From Parcubacteria group bacterium LiPW_15 (GTDB lineage: Bacteria > Patescibacteriota > Minisyncoccia > UBA6257 > 2-01-FULL-56-20), in the NCBI GenBank assembly GCA_007375645.1, contig VMER01000001.1, forward strand, positions 209,211 to 273,210: 64,000 nt of DNA. Reading direction: 5' to 3'. Shown one piece after another: positions 1 to 9,456 of the stretch (its first letter is position 1; each line of letters starts with the position of its first letter). A program made the position numbers and the translations under genes. The notes beneath the pieces are model-generated. The model saw only the letters and a program-made list of their open reading frames with translations. It made no database searches and was not told where the DNA came from.

Positions 1-1
1 G

Positions 2-148
2 GCTTGCGCGATGGAGATCGAGGACGTTCTCTTCCAAGTCCTCCTTACCCGAATGAGAACGCACCTTGAGGACGGACTCGAAGTCTATGTCCAGATGCTC
101 TTCCAAGCGAAGGACGCGGACGAGTTCCTGAAGCATCTCACCAAGTAG
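2..148 (+). CDS. C-terminal fragment of a hypothetical protein (high GC), truncated by window start
   Basis: Open frame from window edge to TAG at 146-148; GC-rich codons; possible internal ATG at 11. Confidence 0.3.
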   Translation, partial: ACAMEIEDVLFQVLLTRMRTHLEDGLEVYVQMLFQAKDADEFLKHLTK

Positions 149-163
149 CAACGGAGGTTTGCA

Positions 164-517
164 ATGAATCGACGTCGAAAAGTTCACGGACTCACGCTCA
201 TTGAGGTTCTGGTCATCATCTGCATCTTGGGCATCATCGCCGCACTCGCTTCCGACGTCTTCCTGGAAGAAGGCTCAGGACAGGCAGTCGGCAGGATCGT
301 CTCAGTTCAGACGACGACCTCCGGCGAATACAGGATAACCCTTGCAAGCGGTAGCACGGCAGGGTTCAACTGGTCCCGAGACCTCCACACCAAGAACCGT
401 GCGCTGGCTGAGGAAGCAAAGTCCTACATGCTCCAACAGAAAATCGTTCTCGTGGAGTTCAAGCAAACAGCCCTACCCATCTGTCGCATCACAAACCTGA
501 AACTGCTCAAGGAGTAA
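164..517 (+). CDS. Type IV pilin-like / pseudopilin protein (prepilin-type N-terminal methylation motif)
   Basis: N-terminus ...HGLTLIEVLVIICILGIIAALA matches the G|FTLIE prepilin cleavage/methylation motif plus a hydrophobic helix; GGAGG RBS 8 nt upstream; high GC. Confidence 0.6.
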   Translation: MNRRRKVHGLTLIEVLVIICILGIIAALASDVFLEEGSGQAVGRIVSVQTTTSGEYRITLASGSTAGFNWSRDLHTKNRALAEEAKSYMLQQKIVLVEFKQTALPICRITNLKLLKE

Positions 518-605
518 CGAGGGTATCAACCCCAGACGAAACTCGAAGCCCCGGCGCAAGCCAGGGCTTTTATATTTTATTTCGATCAATCTAAAACTTT
601 TGAAA

Positions 606-2003
606 CTACTTTCTTGCCTCTTCGCGAAGAAGATCAATAAGCTTATCGGTCCTGACTCTTACCTGTTCCGCAGTGTCCCGGCTTCGAACCGTTACGGTTT
701 CGTCTTCAAGCGTTTGGAAATCGATAGTAATGCCGTAAGGGGTTCCTATCTCATCCTGCGAATAATAGCGCTTACCCACGTTTCCCCTATCGTCCCAGGC
801 GATCATAAATTCTTTTCTCAGTTCGTCATAAACTTCTTTGGCTTTTTCCACCAACTCAGGCTTGTTCTTTAAAAGCGGGAAAACCGCGGCTTTGTATGGA
901 GCGAGGTTGAACGGCAACTTTAAAACAGTGCGCTCTCCGTCTTCGTGGTAGGCCTCGCAAAGCACGGCCAAAAAAGTGCGGGTCAAGCCGAAGGAAGGCT
1001 CGATGCAGTGCGGAATGAATTTATTGCCCTCATCGTCGGTGTAATAAAGATCAGCGCCGGAATATTCGATGTGCTGTTTCAAGTCATAATCGGTACGATA
1101 GGCAAAGCCGTGAAGCTCGCCCCAGCCGAGGGACGGAAAATCGTATTCCACGTCATAAGTGTCTTTGGAGTAGAACGAACGCTCATTCTCGTCGTGGCGG
1201 CGCCACCGCATATTCTTATCGCTAAGCCCCAAGTCTTCGGCAAAGAATCTTTTTATCTCCGTCTGCCATTCCTCAAAGGGACGCTTCCAATCCTCTTCGT
1301 GTTTCGGAGGCGCGATGAAATATTCTATTTCCATCTGCTCGAATTCGCGGGTCCTGAAAATAAAATTTCCGGGAGTTATCTCATTCCTAAAAGCCTTGCC
1401 TACTTGGGCGATACCGAACGGCAGTTTCTTACGGCTCGTTTGGAGGACATTCTTAAAGTTTATGAAAATACCCTGAGCCGTCTCCCCTCTTAGATATGCC
1501 TTGGTTTTGGATTCATCCGTAGTTCCCACATAGGTTTCGAAAAGCAGGTTGAATTTCTTGGCTTCCGTCCAATCCGCTCCTCCGCAATTCGGACATTTTA
1601 TTTTCAAATCGTTAAGCTTGTTGCCGATATCTTCGAACTTTATCGCCGCAACCTCATTCACACCCAATTTTTCTTCCAAAAGTTTATCGCCCCGGTGACG
1701 GGTCTTACACTTTTTACAGTCGACCAAAGGATCGCTGAAATTGGAGACATGCCCAGAGGCTTCCCAAACCTTCGGGTTGGTGATAATCGCGGAATCCAGG
1801 CCCACTACATCGTCTCTCCGGTGCACAAAATTTTTCCACCAGACCTGGGCAATATTATTTTTGAGCTCGATACCCATCGGGCCGTAATCCCAGGAATTGG
1901 CGAAGCCGCCGTAAATTTCCGAACCCGGGAACACAAAACCGCGGCGCTTCGCCAAGCTTACTATCTTCTCCATTGATTCCGAACTGTTATTTGTATCGCT
2001 CAT
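606..2003 (-). CDS. glyQS: Glycine--tRNA ligase (class II, alpha2 type)
   Basis: 465 aa; class II aaRS motifs and GlyRS-like N-terminus (FPGSEIYGG, zinc-binding Cys cluster). Confidence 0.93.
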   Translation of the reverse strand: MSDTNNSSESMEKIVSLAKRRGFVFPGSEIYGGFANSWDYGPMGIELKNNIAQVWWKNFVHRRDDVVGLDSAIITNPKVWEASGHVSNFSDPLVDCKKCKTRHRGDKLLEEKLGVNEVAAIKFEDIGNKLNDLKIKCPNCGGADWTEAKKFNLLFETYVGTTDESKTKAYLRGETAQGIFINFKNVLQTSRKKLPFGIAQVGKAFRNEITPGNFIFRTREFEQMEIEYFIAPPKHEEDWKRPFEEWQTEIKRFFAEDLGLSDKNMRWRRHDENERSFYSKDTYDVEYDFPSLGWGELHGFAYRTDYDLKQHIEYSGADLYYTDDEGNKFIPHCIEPSFGLTRTFLAVLCEAYHEDGERTVLKLPFNLAPYKAAVFPLLKNKPELVEKAKEVYDELRKEFMIAWDDRGNVGKRYYSQDEIGTPYGITIDFQTLEDETVTVRSRDTAEQVRVRTDKLIDLLREEARK

Positions 2004-2015
2004 ATTTTTTGTGGT

Positions 2016-3743
2016 TTACGGACGAACGTTACGATCGAGATTCGAAGGTATCTTCGGATCTTCTTTCAAGAAAGTCGTTATCTGGTCGGAAGCGGCCGAG
2101 ATGCCCCTGTCAACGAATACATCCTTGGCGGAAAGCTCCGTCGCGCCGAGCAAGACCACTTCTTTGCCCACCTGGAGATTGGATGGAGTATATTCTATCT
2201 GAAACACCGCCTCAAATGCCGGAGTCACAATTCCCTTGGTGGCCGGAACACTACCCAAATTCCAGGTTATAACGCCGCTTTGCGCGTCATAGGTCGGCTT
2301 GGTATCCGCGTTGCTTTTTACCTGGCCCGTGAAATTCACGCCCGGGATAACCGTGGCTTTGATAACCGTGTCGGCTATATCCGTAGTGTAGTTGGTTACC
2401 TTCCAATGAACCGTGTATTGGGTCTTTTGATTGGCTTTAGGCGGATATGGGCCCTTATTCAAAATGCCGGAAGCTGAATCATAAAAATATCCGGTTGCCT
2501 TCACATCCGTTTGGCCCGCAAGCTTGGTCTCGGTTTTGGAAATGGTGACTGTTTTCTGCGCGGCGACTCCCGGAGGAACCGTCGGAGATTCGAGGGAAAG
2601 ATTGAGCTTCACCGAAAAATTCTTGTCGCCCAACCGGCGGATAGTGAAGGCATTTTTGAGCCTTACGCGGAATGAGATAGAACGCTCTTCGCCGGGATTC
2701 AAAACCGCCAGGTCTCCGACATTCTGCTGGGTCCAGGTAAGGACGTTGGTTATGGAATTGAAAACAGCGCTCGCACTAAGCGTGGAAAAATCATACATCT
2801 CTCCCACCATTCCGGCGGTAAGTTTAAGATTGGAAAGCGGAACCGGAGAATTGTTTTTATACTTCATCTCATAATTGATCTCATCACCGGCACGGGCCAC
2901 ATAGGAATTTGGGTCGGAACCATTGACCAAAACGGACAGCGAAAGCGGAGACGGCGAAATCGCGATATCCGCAGTCTGATTGTCCATCGCGTAGGTCTGG
3001 CCCATATAGTCGGAAGAGGCGGAGGCGGCGAACTGATAACGCGCCAGATCCGCGCCAACGATGTTTCCGTTTACGGTTACACTGTCGGTCTGGCCTTTAG
3101 CGAGCATTGGGAAGATCCACTCCTGATTATTTTTCCGCGCCTCTTCCTTATCCGATTTAACAAAATTGAAAACCGGCGGATAACTCAGTTTAAGCGTGAT
3201 GCTTTTCACGTCTTCGCCGGTGTTGTTCTGCAGTTTTACCTGAGTATCAAAATTTTCGCCGCTATTGATGCTTTGAGGAACGACAACCGTTAAAGATACG
3301 GCCGGAAGGCCCAGGCCCAGATCGAAAGTTTTGGTCGCTTCAAACTGCACATCCGGATTATTCGCGAGATTATATCGCAGTTTTGCCGTCACTTCTTTGA
3401 AACTCTGCGCGCCGCTTAAGGCCACAAGATTTAAGGTTTCCGGAGTAACGCTTCCCGGGCCTACATCTCCGATAGGTTTTTCAAAAACTCTTTGGTCGGC
3501 AGGCTTGCCCAAAAAAGCTATTTCCGGCGGCAAAACAACCAGGAACTTGGCATTTTTTAGAACCTGGTCAGAGGAGTTGGCATAGGAGATCGAAAGCGCG
3601 AACGGCTTGCCGATAAAGACGTCTCCCGGCTTCGCGAAATCAAGACTCACGTTCGGAGCCTTGGGTTCCAAAAAATAATAGATCGCGTAACCAACCGCTC
3701 CCAGCAAAACTAAAACTAATAATGTAATACCAAATTTGCGCAT
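2016..3743 (-). CDS. Membrane-anchored secreted hypothetical protein with repeated beta-rich domains
   Basis: 575 aa; N-terminal signal anchor MRKFGITLLVLVLLGAVGYAIYY; Ser/Thr/Asn/Val-rich beta-sandwich-like repeats; backbone GC. Confidence 0.6.
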   Translation of the reverse strand: MRKFGITLLVLVLLGAVGYAIYYFLEPKAPNVSLDFAKPGDVFIGKPFALSISYANSSDQVLKNAKFLVVLPPEIAFLGKPADQRVFEKPIGDVGPGSVTPETLNLVALSGAQSFKEVTAKLRYNLANNPDVQFEATKTFDLGLGLPAVSLTVVVPQSINSGENFDTQVKLQNNTGEDVKSITLKLSYPPVFNFVKSDKEEARKNNQEWIFPMLAKGQTDSVTVNGNIVGADLARYQFAASASSDYMGQTYAMDNQTADIAISPSPLSLSVLVNGSDPNSYVARAGDEINYEMKYKNNSPVPLSNLKLTAGMVGEMYDFSTLSASAVFNSITNVLTWTQQNVGDLAVLNPGEERSISFRVRLKNAFTIRRLGDKNFSVKLNLSLESPTVPPGVAAQKTVTISKTETKLAGQTDVKATGYFYDSASGILNKGPYPPKANQKTQYTVHWKVTNYTTDIADTVIKATVIPGVNFTGQVKSNADTKPTYDAQSGVITWNLGSVPATKGIVTPAFEAVFQIEYTPSNLQVGKEVVLLGATELSAKDVFVDRGISAASDQITTFLKEDPKIPSNLDRNVRP

Positions 3744-3865
3744 CCCGATTAGAAGCTAGTCGCAATTGCTCACGACTTTGCCGAAATTATAATTAATCAT
3801 GTCGACTATTATAGATTATTTTAGCATTTGGATGATCTAAAAGCGATTGCTGCTTCTAACGGGAC

Positions 3866-4357
3866 TCAGGCCAATTCAATTTTTTCTCCGCGGCTTCGGG
3901 CAGCGCAGGGACCGCAAAAAAAGTTCTGGCTTGCGATATGGAACGCGAAAACATTTCCCCGACCGCAATGTTCGCAAGAAGCATGTTCCGGATCCCAGCC
4001 CAAGATCGCCAATATCTTTCGCCAATCTTTAACGCCCGCGAGAAGCGTGGTCCAAAGATATTCGTCCGGTTCGCCTTCCGCCAAAACTCTTCCCAAAAGA
4101 TAGAAAAAATCCGGAGGTCCGGAGAGCTTTCCCCGTTTTAAAGCGTCCACCACCTGGAGACTTCCCTTCTCTATCATCCGGACGCGAATAAAATTACCCG
4201 GCTCAAGATGCGGAGAAAGTTTGGAGGTTATCTTCCTGGAGCTTTTTACTTTTGCCGAAAATTTTCCGAGGCTTCGCGTAAAAACCGCGACCCGCTCGTC
4301 GAGTTCGCCCTGGGGTTCTTTTTCTAAAACTATCGCTTCGCTTACATACTCATTCAT
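3866..4357 (-). CDS. recO: DNA repair protein RecO (short form)
   Basis: 163 aa; RecO N-terminal OB-fold-like region and C-terminal CxxC...CxxC zinc finger (CEHCG...CGPCA). Confidence 0.72.
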   Translation of the reverse strand: MNEYVSEAIVLEKEPQGELDERVAVFTRSLGKFSAKVKSSRKITSKLSPHLEPGNFIRVRMIEKGSLQVVDALKRGKLSGPPDFFYLLGRVLAEGEPDEYLWTTLLAGVKDWRKILAILGWDPEHASCEHCGRGNVFAFHIASQNFFCGPCAARSRGEKIELA

Positions 4358-4532
4358 ATTTGAATCGGTCCCATTACCTATAATTCTACCAGTTTTTGTG
4401 AGATTTAAGTATGAAAAAGGGCCCCAACCGGAGTTGGGACCCTGAGAAACCGAACCGAAGACAGTGAATGGGAATTACGCGCGGGGCAACCCGGAGTCGT
4501 AGTTCGGATCCGTGAGGAACTCCGCGATGCCT

Positions 4533-5027
4533 TCATCGCTGTCGAGGCGCACGACCCCGCATGCCCATGCCGGGTACGGCGTCTTCCTTGGAATGCTGGG
4601 GGTGCCGCTGTCCGCAGTCGATGCAGACAGGATCCATGAAGTAGACCTTCCAGCCCACGCCGATGGCGAGCTGGCCCAGTCCTCTGACCTTGAACACCGC
4701 GCGCATCTCGGTCAGGAGGAAGGCGTCCACGTCCTTGATCTTTTCGGCCAGGTCGGCAGCCTGGGCCACCCTCTCCTTGTCCGCCGGAGAAAGACCCCCG
4801 AGCAACCTGGAGACCATCTCCATCGTCGTGAGCTTGGACCCCTTCTCCTTGAGCTCAGCGTCCCAACGGTGACGCAGAGCCACGAGCTTCCGAAGGTTCT
4901 CCGGAAGGATGCCGAAGAAGTCGAGCTTCTGGTCCGGGATCGAGAGGCTCCGTTCCGCGGCGGCGATCTCCTCGAGGGTGACGGTCTCGGCCTCCGCGCC
5001 GAGAATGGTCGTGTACTTGAAGTCCAT
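4533..5027 (-). CDS. Hypothetical protein (high-GC cassette gene 1 of 3)
   Basis: 164 aa ORF with balanced composition; high GC; downstream hairpin plus T-run terminator at about 4395-4430. Confidence 0.5.
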   Translation of the reverse strand: MDFKYTTILGAEAETVTLEEIAAAERSLSIPDQKLDFFGILPENLRKLVALRHRWDAELKEKGSKLTTMEMVSRLLGGLSPADKERVAQAADLAEKIKDVDAFLLTEMRAVFKVRGLGQLAIGVGWKVYFMDPVCIDCGQRHPQHSKEDAVPGMGMRGRAPRQR

Positions 5028-5167
5028 CTGAACTTCCTACCTTTCTGCCCATTCTTGGGCGGTCGACGAACTGTGCGTATTATATTTAAATATACTTTTT
5101 TGTCAATAGATTATGAAAAGCGGCCCCCGTAGGGGGCCGCGTTGGCGGAAAGGAATGTGTTCGAAAC

Positions 5168-5584
5168 TCAGTTCACGGGGAGGGACTCGACCCAGCCGAG
5201 CTTCCACCCGGCTCGAAGGTCGACCGAGGACATTCCCCAAAGGATGGGGAATTCGTCCTTGGCCTGCCGGTCGAAGAACTTCTGGGCGAGTTCGTAAGAG
5301 CTCTCCACGCGAAGGTTCTTAAGGAAGAGTTCCCTGGGAATCTCTTCCCCGGCGTGAGCATCCATGAACTCGTCGGCATTCACATTGAGCATCACCAACT
5401 CTTGCTTGAGGTCAGCGATGACGCAGCGAAGCCGGATGAGAAGTTCGCTCGCCAGACCGACGGGATGGAAGATGCCTTCCTGATCTTCCGTCCGAGGATT
5501 GAGCTCGGCGGCACATTTGCTGATTTTGTCCGGCGAAACCGTGACGCAACGGAGCCAAAGCTCCTTGCCGAACGACAGTTCCAT
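5168..5584 (-). CDS. Hypothetical protein (high-GC cassette gene 2 of 3)
   Basis: Start chosen at MELSFG because AAGGAG RBS lies 8 nt upstream; ORF track shows a longer 5168..5626 form. Confidence 0.5.
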   Translation of the reverse strand: MELSFGKELWLRCVTVSPDKISKCAAELNPRTEDQEGIFHPVGLASELLIRLRCVIADLKQELVMLNVNADEFMDAHAGEEIPRELFLKNLRVESSYELAQKFFDRQAKDEFPILWGMSSVDLRAGWKLGWVESLPVN

Positions 5585-5726
5585 CTTCTCTTCTCCTTCT
5601 GCCCGCTTGGGGCAACTCTCTCTCAAAGAGCCGATTGCTATGTAACGACTATAAGTATACGGATTTATTTGATTTTGTCAACCATAATTTAAAAGGCCTC
5701 CGGTTTCCCGAAGGCCTGCGAAACGG

Positions 5727-6152
5727 CTACATCAGCTTATCGTTCTTTTGACTTGCCAAGCCGAAAAGCGCCTGGATCCCGATGGATGTCTGTTCGTTTT
5801 GTGCTTTAGCGCGGACTATCTTCCACCCGCTACGAAGGATGACTTCGTTGATTCCGGCTTCCCAGAATCTCAGTCGTTCCGTAATACGGAAGTCCATCTC
5901 TATCCTGATGATTCCCGCGCGGAAACGACAGAATGTCGCTTCAATATTGTCACCCCGTTTCTCGGCCTCGTCCCCCTCAAGGATGTAGTATGCCCACAGG
6001 TGGAAAAATCGTTTCTCGCCCTCAGTCATATCTCCGATTGGCTCTTCGTCCAAGCCAATCGGAGTATCTACTTCCACGTGGAGTTCGCCCAGATCTTTAC
6101 CAGCGAGTTCGTCATACATTCCGCCATCCAACCAGGACTCTGGCTCGTCCAT
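5727..6152 (-). CDS. Hypothetical acidic protein (high-GC cassette gene 3 of 3)
   Basis: 141 aa; GGGAGG RBS upstream of ATG at 6152; high GC. Confidence 0.5.
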   Translation of the reverse strand: MDEPESWLDGGMYDELAGKDLGELHVEVDTPIGLDEEPIGDMTEGEKRFFHLWAYYILEGDEAEKRGDNIEATFCRFRAGIIRIEMDFRITERLRFWEAGINEVILRSGWKIVRAKAQNEQTSIGIQALFGLASQKNDKLM

Positions 6153-6255
6153 AGTCTTGCCTCCCTATCGAGCTAGATTCAGTTTTAAATAAAACCGTCG
6201 GGAAATGCAAACTTCCTTGATAAAAACGCGTTTCTTGCTTATTATATTGAAGTTC

Positions 6256-6339
6256 GCACAGGTGGTAGAGCGGTCAAATACAAGAGACTGTAAATCTCTC
6301 GCCCATGTGGCTACGCAGGTTCGAATCCTGCCCTGTGCA
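6256..6339 (+). tRNA. tRNA-Tyr (anticodon GTA), long variable arm
   Basis: Manual fold: acceptor GCACAGG/CCTGTGC, 3-bp D-stem with GAGCGGTCAAA loop (nearly identical to E. coli tRNA-Tyr), anticodon stem AGAGA/TCTCT with loop CTGTAAA, long variable arm, T-arm GCAGG-TTCGAAT-CCTGC, discriminator A; CCA not encoded. Confidence 0.8.
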
Positions 6340-6462
6340 CAATATAAAGATTTTGCCCTTACGGTGGTGTCTCGTTGTGACATCGACAAACGTGTTCGAA
6401 TCTCCCGAGATTACTCGGGATTACGCATCTCTACGTCGCTACGCTTCAAGAGCTGCGAGAAC

Positions 6463-6476
6463 TGCCCTGTGCACCA
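6463..6476 (+). repeat. Direct duplicate of the tRNA-Tyr 3' acceptor end, here with encoded CCA (TGCCCTGTGCACCA)
   Basis: 12-13 nt identical to 6327-6339, lying 125 nt downstream of the tRNA; att-site-like or remnant of insertion into the tRNA 3' end. Confidence 0.45.
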
Positions 6477-6494
6477 ATACAAAAACCGCCCGAT

Positions 6495-6854
6495 TTAAAT
6501 CGAGGCGGTTTCGTTTTCTTCTTGGGGCTTCTCCCCTGTTATTTCTTTGAAGTCGGGTTTTGGTTTTCCGTTCCCCTCTTTTTTGGCAAAATTTTGAAGG
6601 CGATTCGTTACCGAGTTGTCTACCCGCATTATCACGACTTTCGCGCGGCGCAAGAACTTCGCAAAAAACGCGTTCAAGACGGCATCCACTTTCTCCGGCA
6701 CGCCGGAAGTTACCCACTTCTCGAGCGGACTCTGTTTTATCTCCTCTGCCGGAGTCTCAATCCGAGGCAAAACCCGGGCCACCATAAAAAGAATGGCGGC
6801 GAGAGAAATGAGAAAGATATTGGTGATGATGAAAGTAAACATGATGCTTACCAC
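6495..6854 (-). CDS. Small hypothetical membrane protein
   Basis: 119 aa ORF with an N-terminal TM helix; GTG/ATG start ambiguous, weak RBS; fills the gap downstream of tsf. Confidence 0.3.
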   Translation of the reverse strand: MVSIMFTFIITNIFLISLAAILFMVARVLPRIETPAEEIKQSPLEKWVTSGVPEKVDAVLNAFFAKFLRRAKVVIMRVDNSVTNRLQNFAKKEGNGKPKPDFKEITGEKPQEENETASI

Positions 6855-6867
6855 TATCGCAATCCAA

Positions 6868-7308
6868 TTATAACTCTATCCTAGAAAAAGTGCGCACCTT
6901 AACATTCTCGCCGACTTTGGCGATAACCTCATTCACAATGTCTTTAACGGTTTTGCTTTCGTCTTTGATATAGGGCTGGGCCAAAAGCGCTTCAACATTT
7001 TCCGGCGCTGCGGCCGCTATCTGCATGGCAATTTCCCGAATCGCTTCTTTGAACGGATCGGAGTGGACAACAAAATCGGTCTCCGCGCGCATATCTACCA
7101 ATACGCCAATGCGATCGTTGTGAACATAAGAGAAGATCATTCCGGCTCCGGCCTCGCGGTCGGCCCTCTTTTCAACCTTAGAAAGGCCCCTTTCGCCGAT
7201 AAGCGCCACAGCCGCGTCAAAATCTCCCTTGGCGTCCGTGAGGGCTCTTTTGCAATCCATTACTCCGGCTCCGGTCTTTTCTCTTAATCTAACAATACTG
7301 TCGTCCAT
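6868..7308 (-). CDS. tsf: Elongation factor Ts (short form)
   Basis: 146 aa; N-terminal UBA-like MDCKRALTDAKGDFDAAV typical of EF-Ts; adjacent to rpsB as in the conserved rpsB-tsf operon. Confidence 0.85.
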   Translation of the reverse strand: MDDSIVRLREKTGAGVMDCKRALTDAKGDFDAAVALIGERGLSKVEKRADREAGAGMIFSYVHNDRIGVLVDMRAETDFVVHSDPFKEAIREIAMQIAAAAPENVEALLAQPYIKDESKTVKDIVNEVIAKVGENVKVRTFSRIEL

Positions 7309-7387
7309 TGGTTTTAAGATTATCGATTAATATTTGTCGACGCAAACGAACAGAAATATTCTAACAAAAAATGCGGATGGAAAAAAG

Positions 7388-8146
7388 TTACGCAGTCGGG
7401 ATTTCCTTCTTTACCGCGAGCGCGGCAGCCTCTTTCTGTCCGGAGTGAATGGCTTCCTTAATTTTCGCGAGGAACCAATTGATGCTCAAGCGGGACTTGG
7501 TGTTGCCCGGAACGAAATAATCCACATCATCCGGGTTGGTGTCGGTGTTCACATACGCGACTATCGGGATGTTCAACTTTCTCGCTTCGCGGATCGCGGC
7601 TTTGTGGGAATTCGGATCAATGACCACGAGAACTTCCGGACGGGTGGTCATATTTTCCATTCCGCTCATAAGTTCATCCATCTTCTCCAAGTCTTTCCTG
7701 ATACCGAGCTGTTCTTTCTTGGTGTACTTTTCAAAAGCACCCGCGGCGTTATCGGCTTTCAACTTTTTATAGTATTCAAGGCGCTTGCTGATAACTTTAT
7801 AGTTGGTGAGCGTTCCGCCAAGCCAACGCACGGAAACCGCCGGATAGCCGAAAGCTTTTTGAATATCGGTCACGGCTTCAAGCGCGGCAGGCTGAGTACC
7901 GACGAAAAGCATCGAGGTTCTGGCCGCGGCTTTGGCTTTTACGAAATCCATAACTTCGTCGAGTTTTTCCAAAATCTTTCCCATATGGATTATTTCCACG
8001 TTGTTTCTGGTCGTCAAAATAAAAGGACGCATCCTGGGATACGTTTTAGTCTTGGTGCGACCGACAAAAACTCCGGCCTCCACCATCGCGTTGGTTTCCG
8101 GGTCGTCTATGGTTTCTACTGGCGCTACAATCGGTTCGTCTGCCAT
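7388..8146 (-). CDS. rpsB: 30S ribosomal protein S2
   Basis: 252 aa; strong S2 family similarity (FVGT..., VIDPN...IP). Confidence 0.95.
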   Translation of the reverse strand: MADEPIVAPVETIDDPETNAMVEAGVFVGRTKTKTYPRMRPFILTTRNNVEIIHMGKILEKLDEVMDFVKAKAAARTSMLFVGTQPAALEAVTDIQKAFGYPAVSVRWLGGTLTNYKVISKRLEYYKKLKADNAAGAFEKYTKKEQLGIRKDLEKMDELMSGMENMTTRPEVLVVIDPNSHKAAIREARKLNIPIVAYVNTDTNPDDVDYFVPGNTKSRLSINWFLAKIKEAIHSGQKEAAALAVKKEIPTA

Positions 8147-8280
8147 TATTTATTTTTTATTTTGTTTATCTTGGTTCGCTTTAAAGCCGGAATATTATTA
8201 TGAGCCTTTTGGCCCAATCACGGCCGAAGCAACGTAGGAAAAGTATAGGTGAAATGGCCTTGAATGTCAATTATTTGCCT

Positions 8281-9375
8281 TTATTCAATCACCCCTCCGC
8301 CGAGCATTATGTCATTTTTCACACCCTCCTTCGCTGAAGCTTCGGAGGGCAAGTAAATGACCGCGGATTGGCCGGGGGCCACGAACTTCTGAGATTTTTT
8401 AAAATCCAATCTCCATCCTCCTTTTTCCTTGACCAAAACAGCCGGGAATAAAGGCTGGCGATAGCGAACACGGGCGGATACTTCAAGAGGATAGTGAATA
8501 GTAGATGGCGAATAGTTGAAATTTACGTCGGTAAGATAAACGGATTTTTCATAAAGAGCAGGATTATCGCTACCCTCCGCGACTACCAGAATATTTTTCT
8601 TCACATCTTTTTTGGCTACATAAAGAGGAACATGGTTTTTTTGGCCCTTCTCATGCTTTAAGTTTCCCACTCCGCCACGCTGGCCGATAGTATAAAAATG
8701 AGCACCAAAATGTTCCCCCACCTTTTCTCCCTTCAAGTTCAAAACCGCGCCTTTTTTCTCCGGAAGATAACTCTTCAGAAAATCTTTAATGGAGACCATG
8801 CCTAAAAAGCATATTCCTTGCGAGTCTTTTTTCTCCGCCGTGGATATTCCGGCTTTTTTGGCGATTTTTCTCACCTCCGGCTTCAGATAATCCCCTATCG
8901 GGAAAAGGGATTTCTCTATCTGCTTCGCGGTCAGAGTCCACAAAAAATAGCTTTGGTCCTTATTCTTGTCCGCGGCGATAGCCAAAGAATTATTTTTCTT
9001 TTTAACGTAATGTCCGGTAGCCACAAAATCGGCCCCGAGCCTCATCGCCCTATCGAAAAATATTCCGAATTTTATCTCCCGGTTGCACATCACATCCGGA
9101 TTCGGGGTAAGGCCTTTCTTATATCCGGCGACCATATAATCCACCACATGTCTTTTATATTCTTTTTCAAAATCCCAAGTGTAAAACGGGATGCTTAAAT
9201 GTTCCGCCACTCGGCGCGCGTCTTCCGCGTCTCGGTCTTGGCAGTTATCTATGTTATAGCCGCGAATAAAAACACCGACTACATCGTAGCCTTGTTTCTT
9301 AAGTAAATACGCGGCAACGGAGCTATCCACTCCCCCCGACATACCGACAAAAACTTTTTTCTTGGCCTTTTTCAT
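8281..9375 (-). CDS. mnmA: tRNA-specific 2-thiouridylase MnmA
   Basis: 364 aa; PP-loop SGGVDSS, catalytic Cys motifs, MnmA domain order. Confidence 0.93.
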   Translation of the reverse strand: MKKAKKKVFVGMSGGVDSSVAAYLLKKQGYDVVGVFIRGYNIDNCQDRDAEDARRVAEHLSIPFYTWDFEKEYKRHVVDYMVAGYKKGLTPNPDVMCNREIKFGIFFDRAMRLGADFVATGHYVKKKNNSLAIAADKNKDQSYFLWTLTAKQIEKSLFPIGDYLKPEVRKIAKKAGISTAEKKDSQGICFLGMVSIKDFLKSYLPEKKGAVLNLKGEKVGEHFGAHFYTIGQRGGVGNLKHEKGQKNHVPLYVAKKDVKKNILVVAEGSDNPALYEKSVYLTDVNFNYSPSTIHYPLEVSARVRYRQPLFPAVLVKEKGGWRLDFKKSQKFVAPGQSAVIYLPSEASAKEGVKNDIMLGGGVIE

Positions 9376-9456
9376 TGCCGCAGGATTATACGATAATTTT
9401 ACAAAATTGAAAAGAAAAGGAGCCCCCGAAGGGGCTCCGAAAAGAACCTGGAAACG

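Noticed and set aside
2864-3058. Small ORFs inside and antisense to the 575-aa secreted protein gene (for example 2864..3058, 2524..2874, 3331..3585)
   Set aside because: Embedded in or antisense to a longer coherent ORF; Arg/Pro/Trp-rich translations.
6340-6476. Possible second tRNA, intron-containing tRNA or tmRNA downstream of tRNA-Tyr
   Set aside because: Could not build a cloverleaf: no 5' acceptor strand complementary to the CCTGTGC-A-CCA end, no D-arm, and the T-loop-like motif is mispositioned. Kept only as a duplicated 3'-end/att-like scar.
7334-8203. 289-aa plus-strand ORF
   Set aside because: Antisense to rpsB, which is unambiguous.
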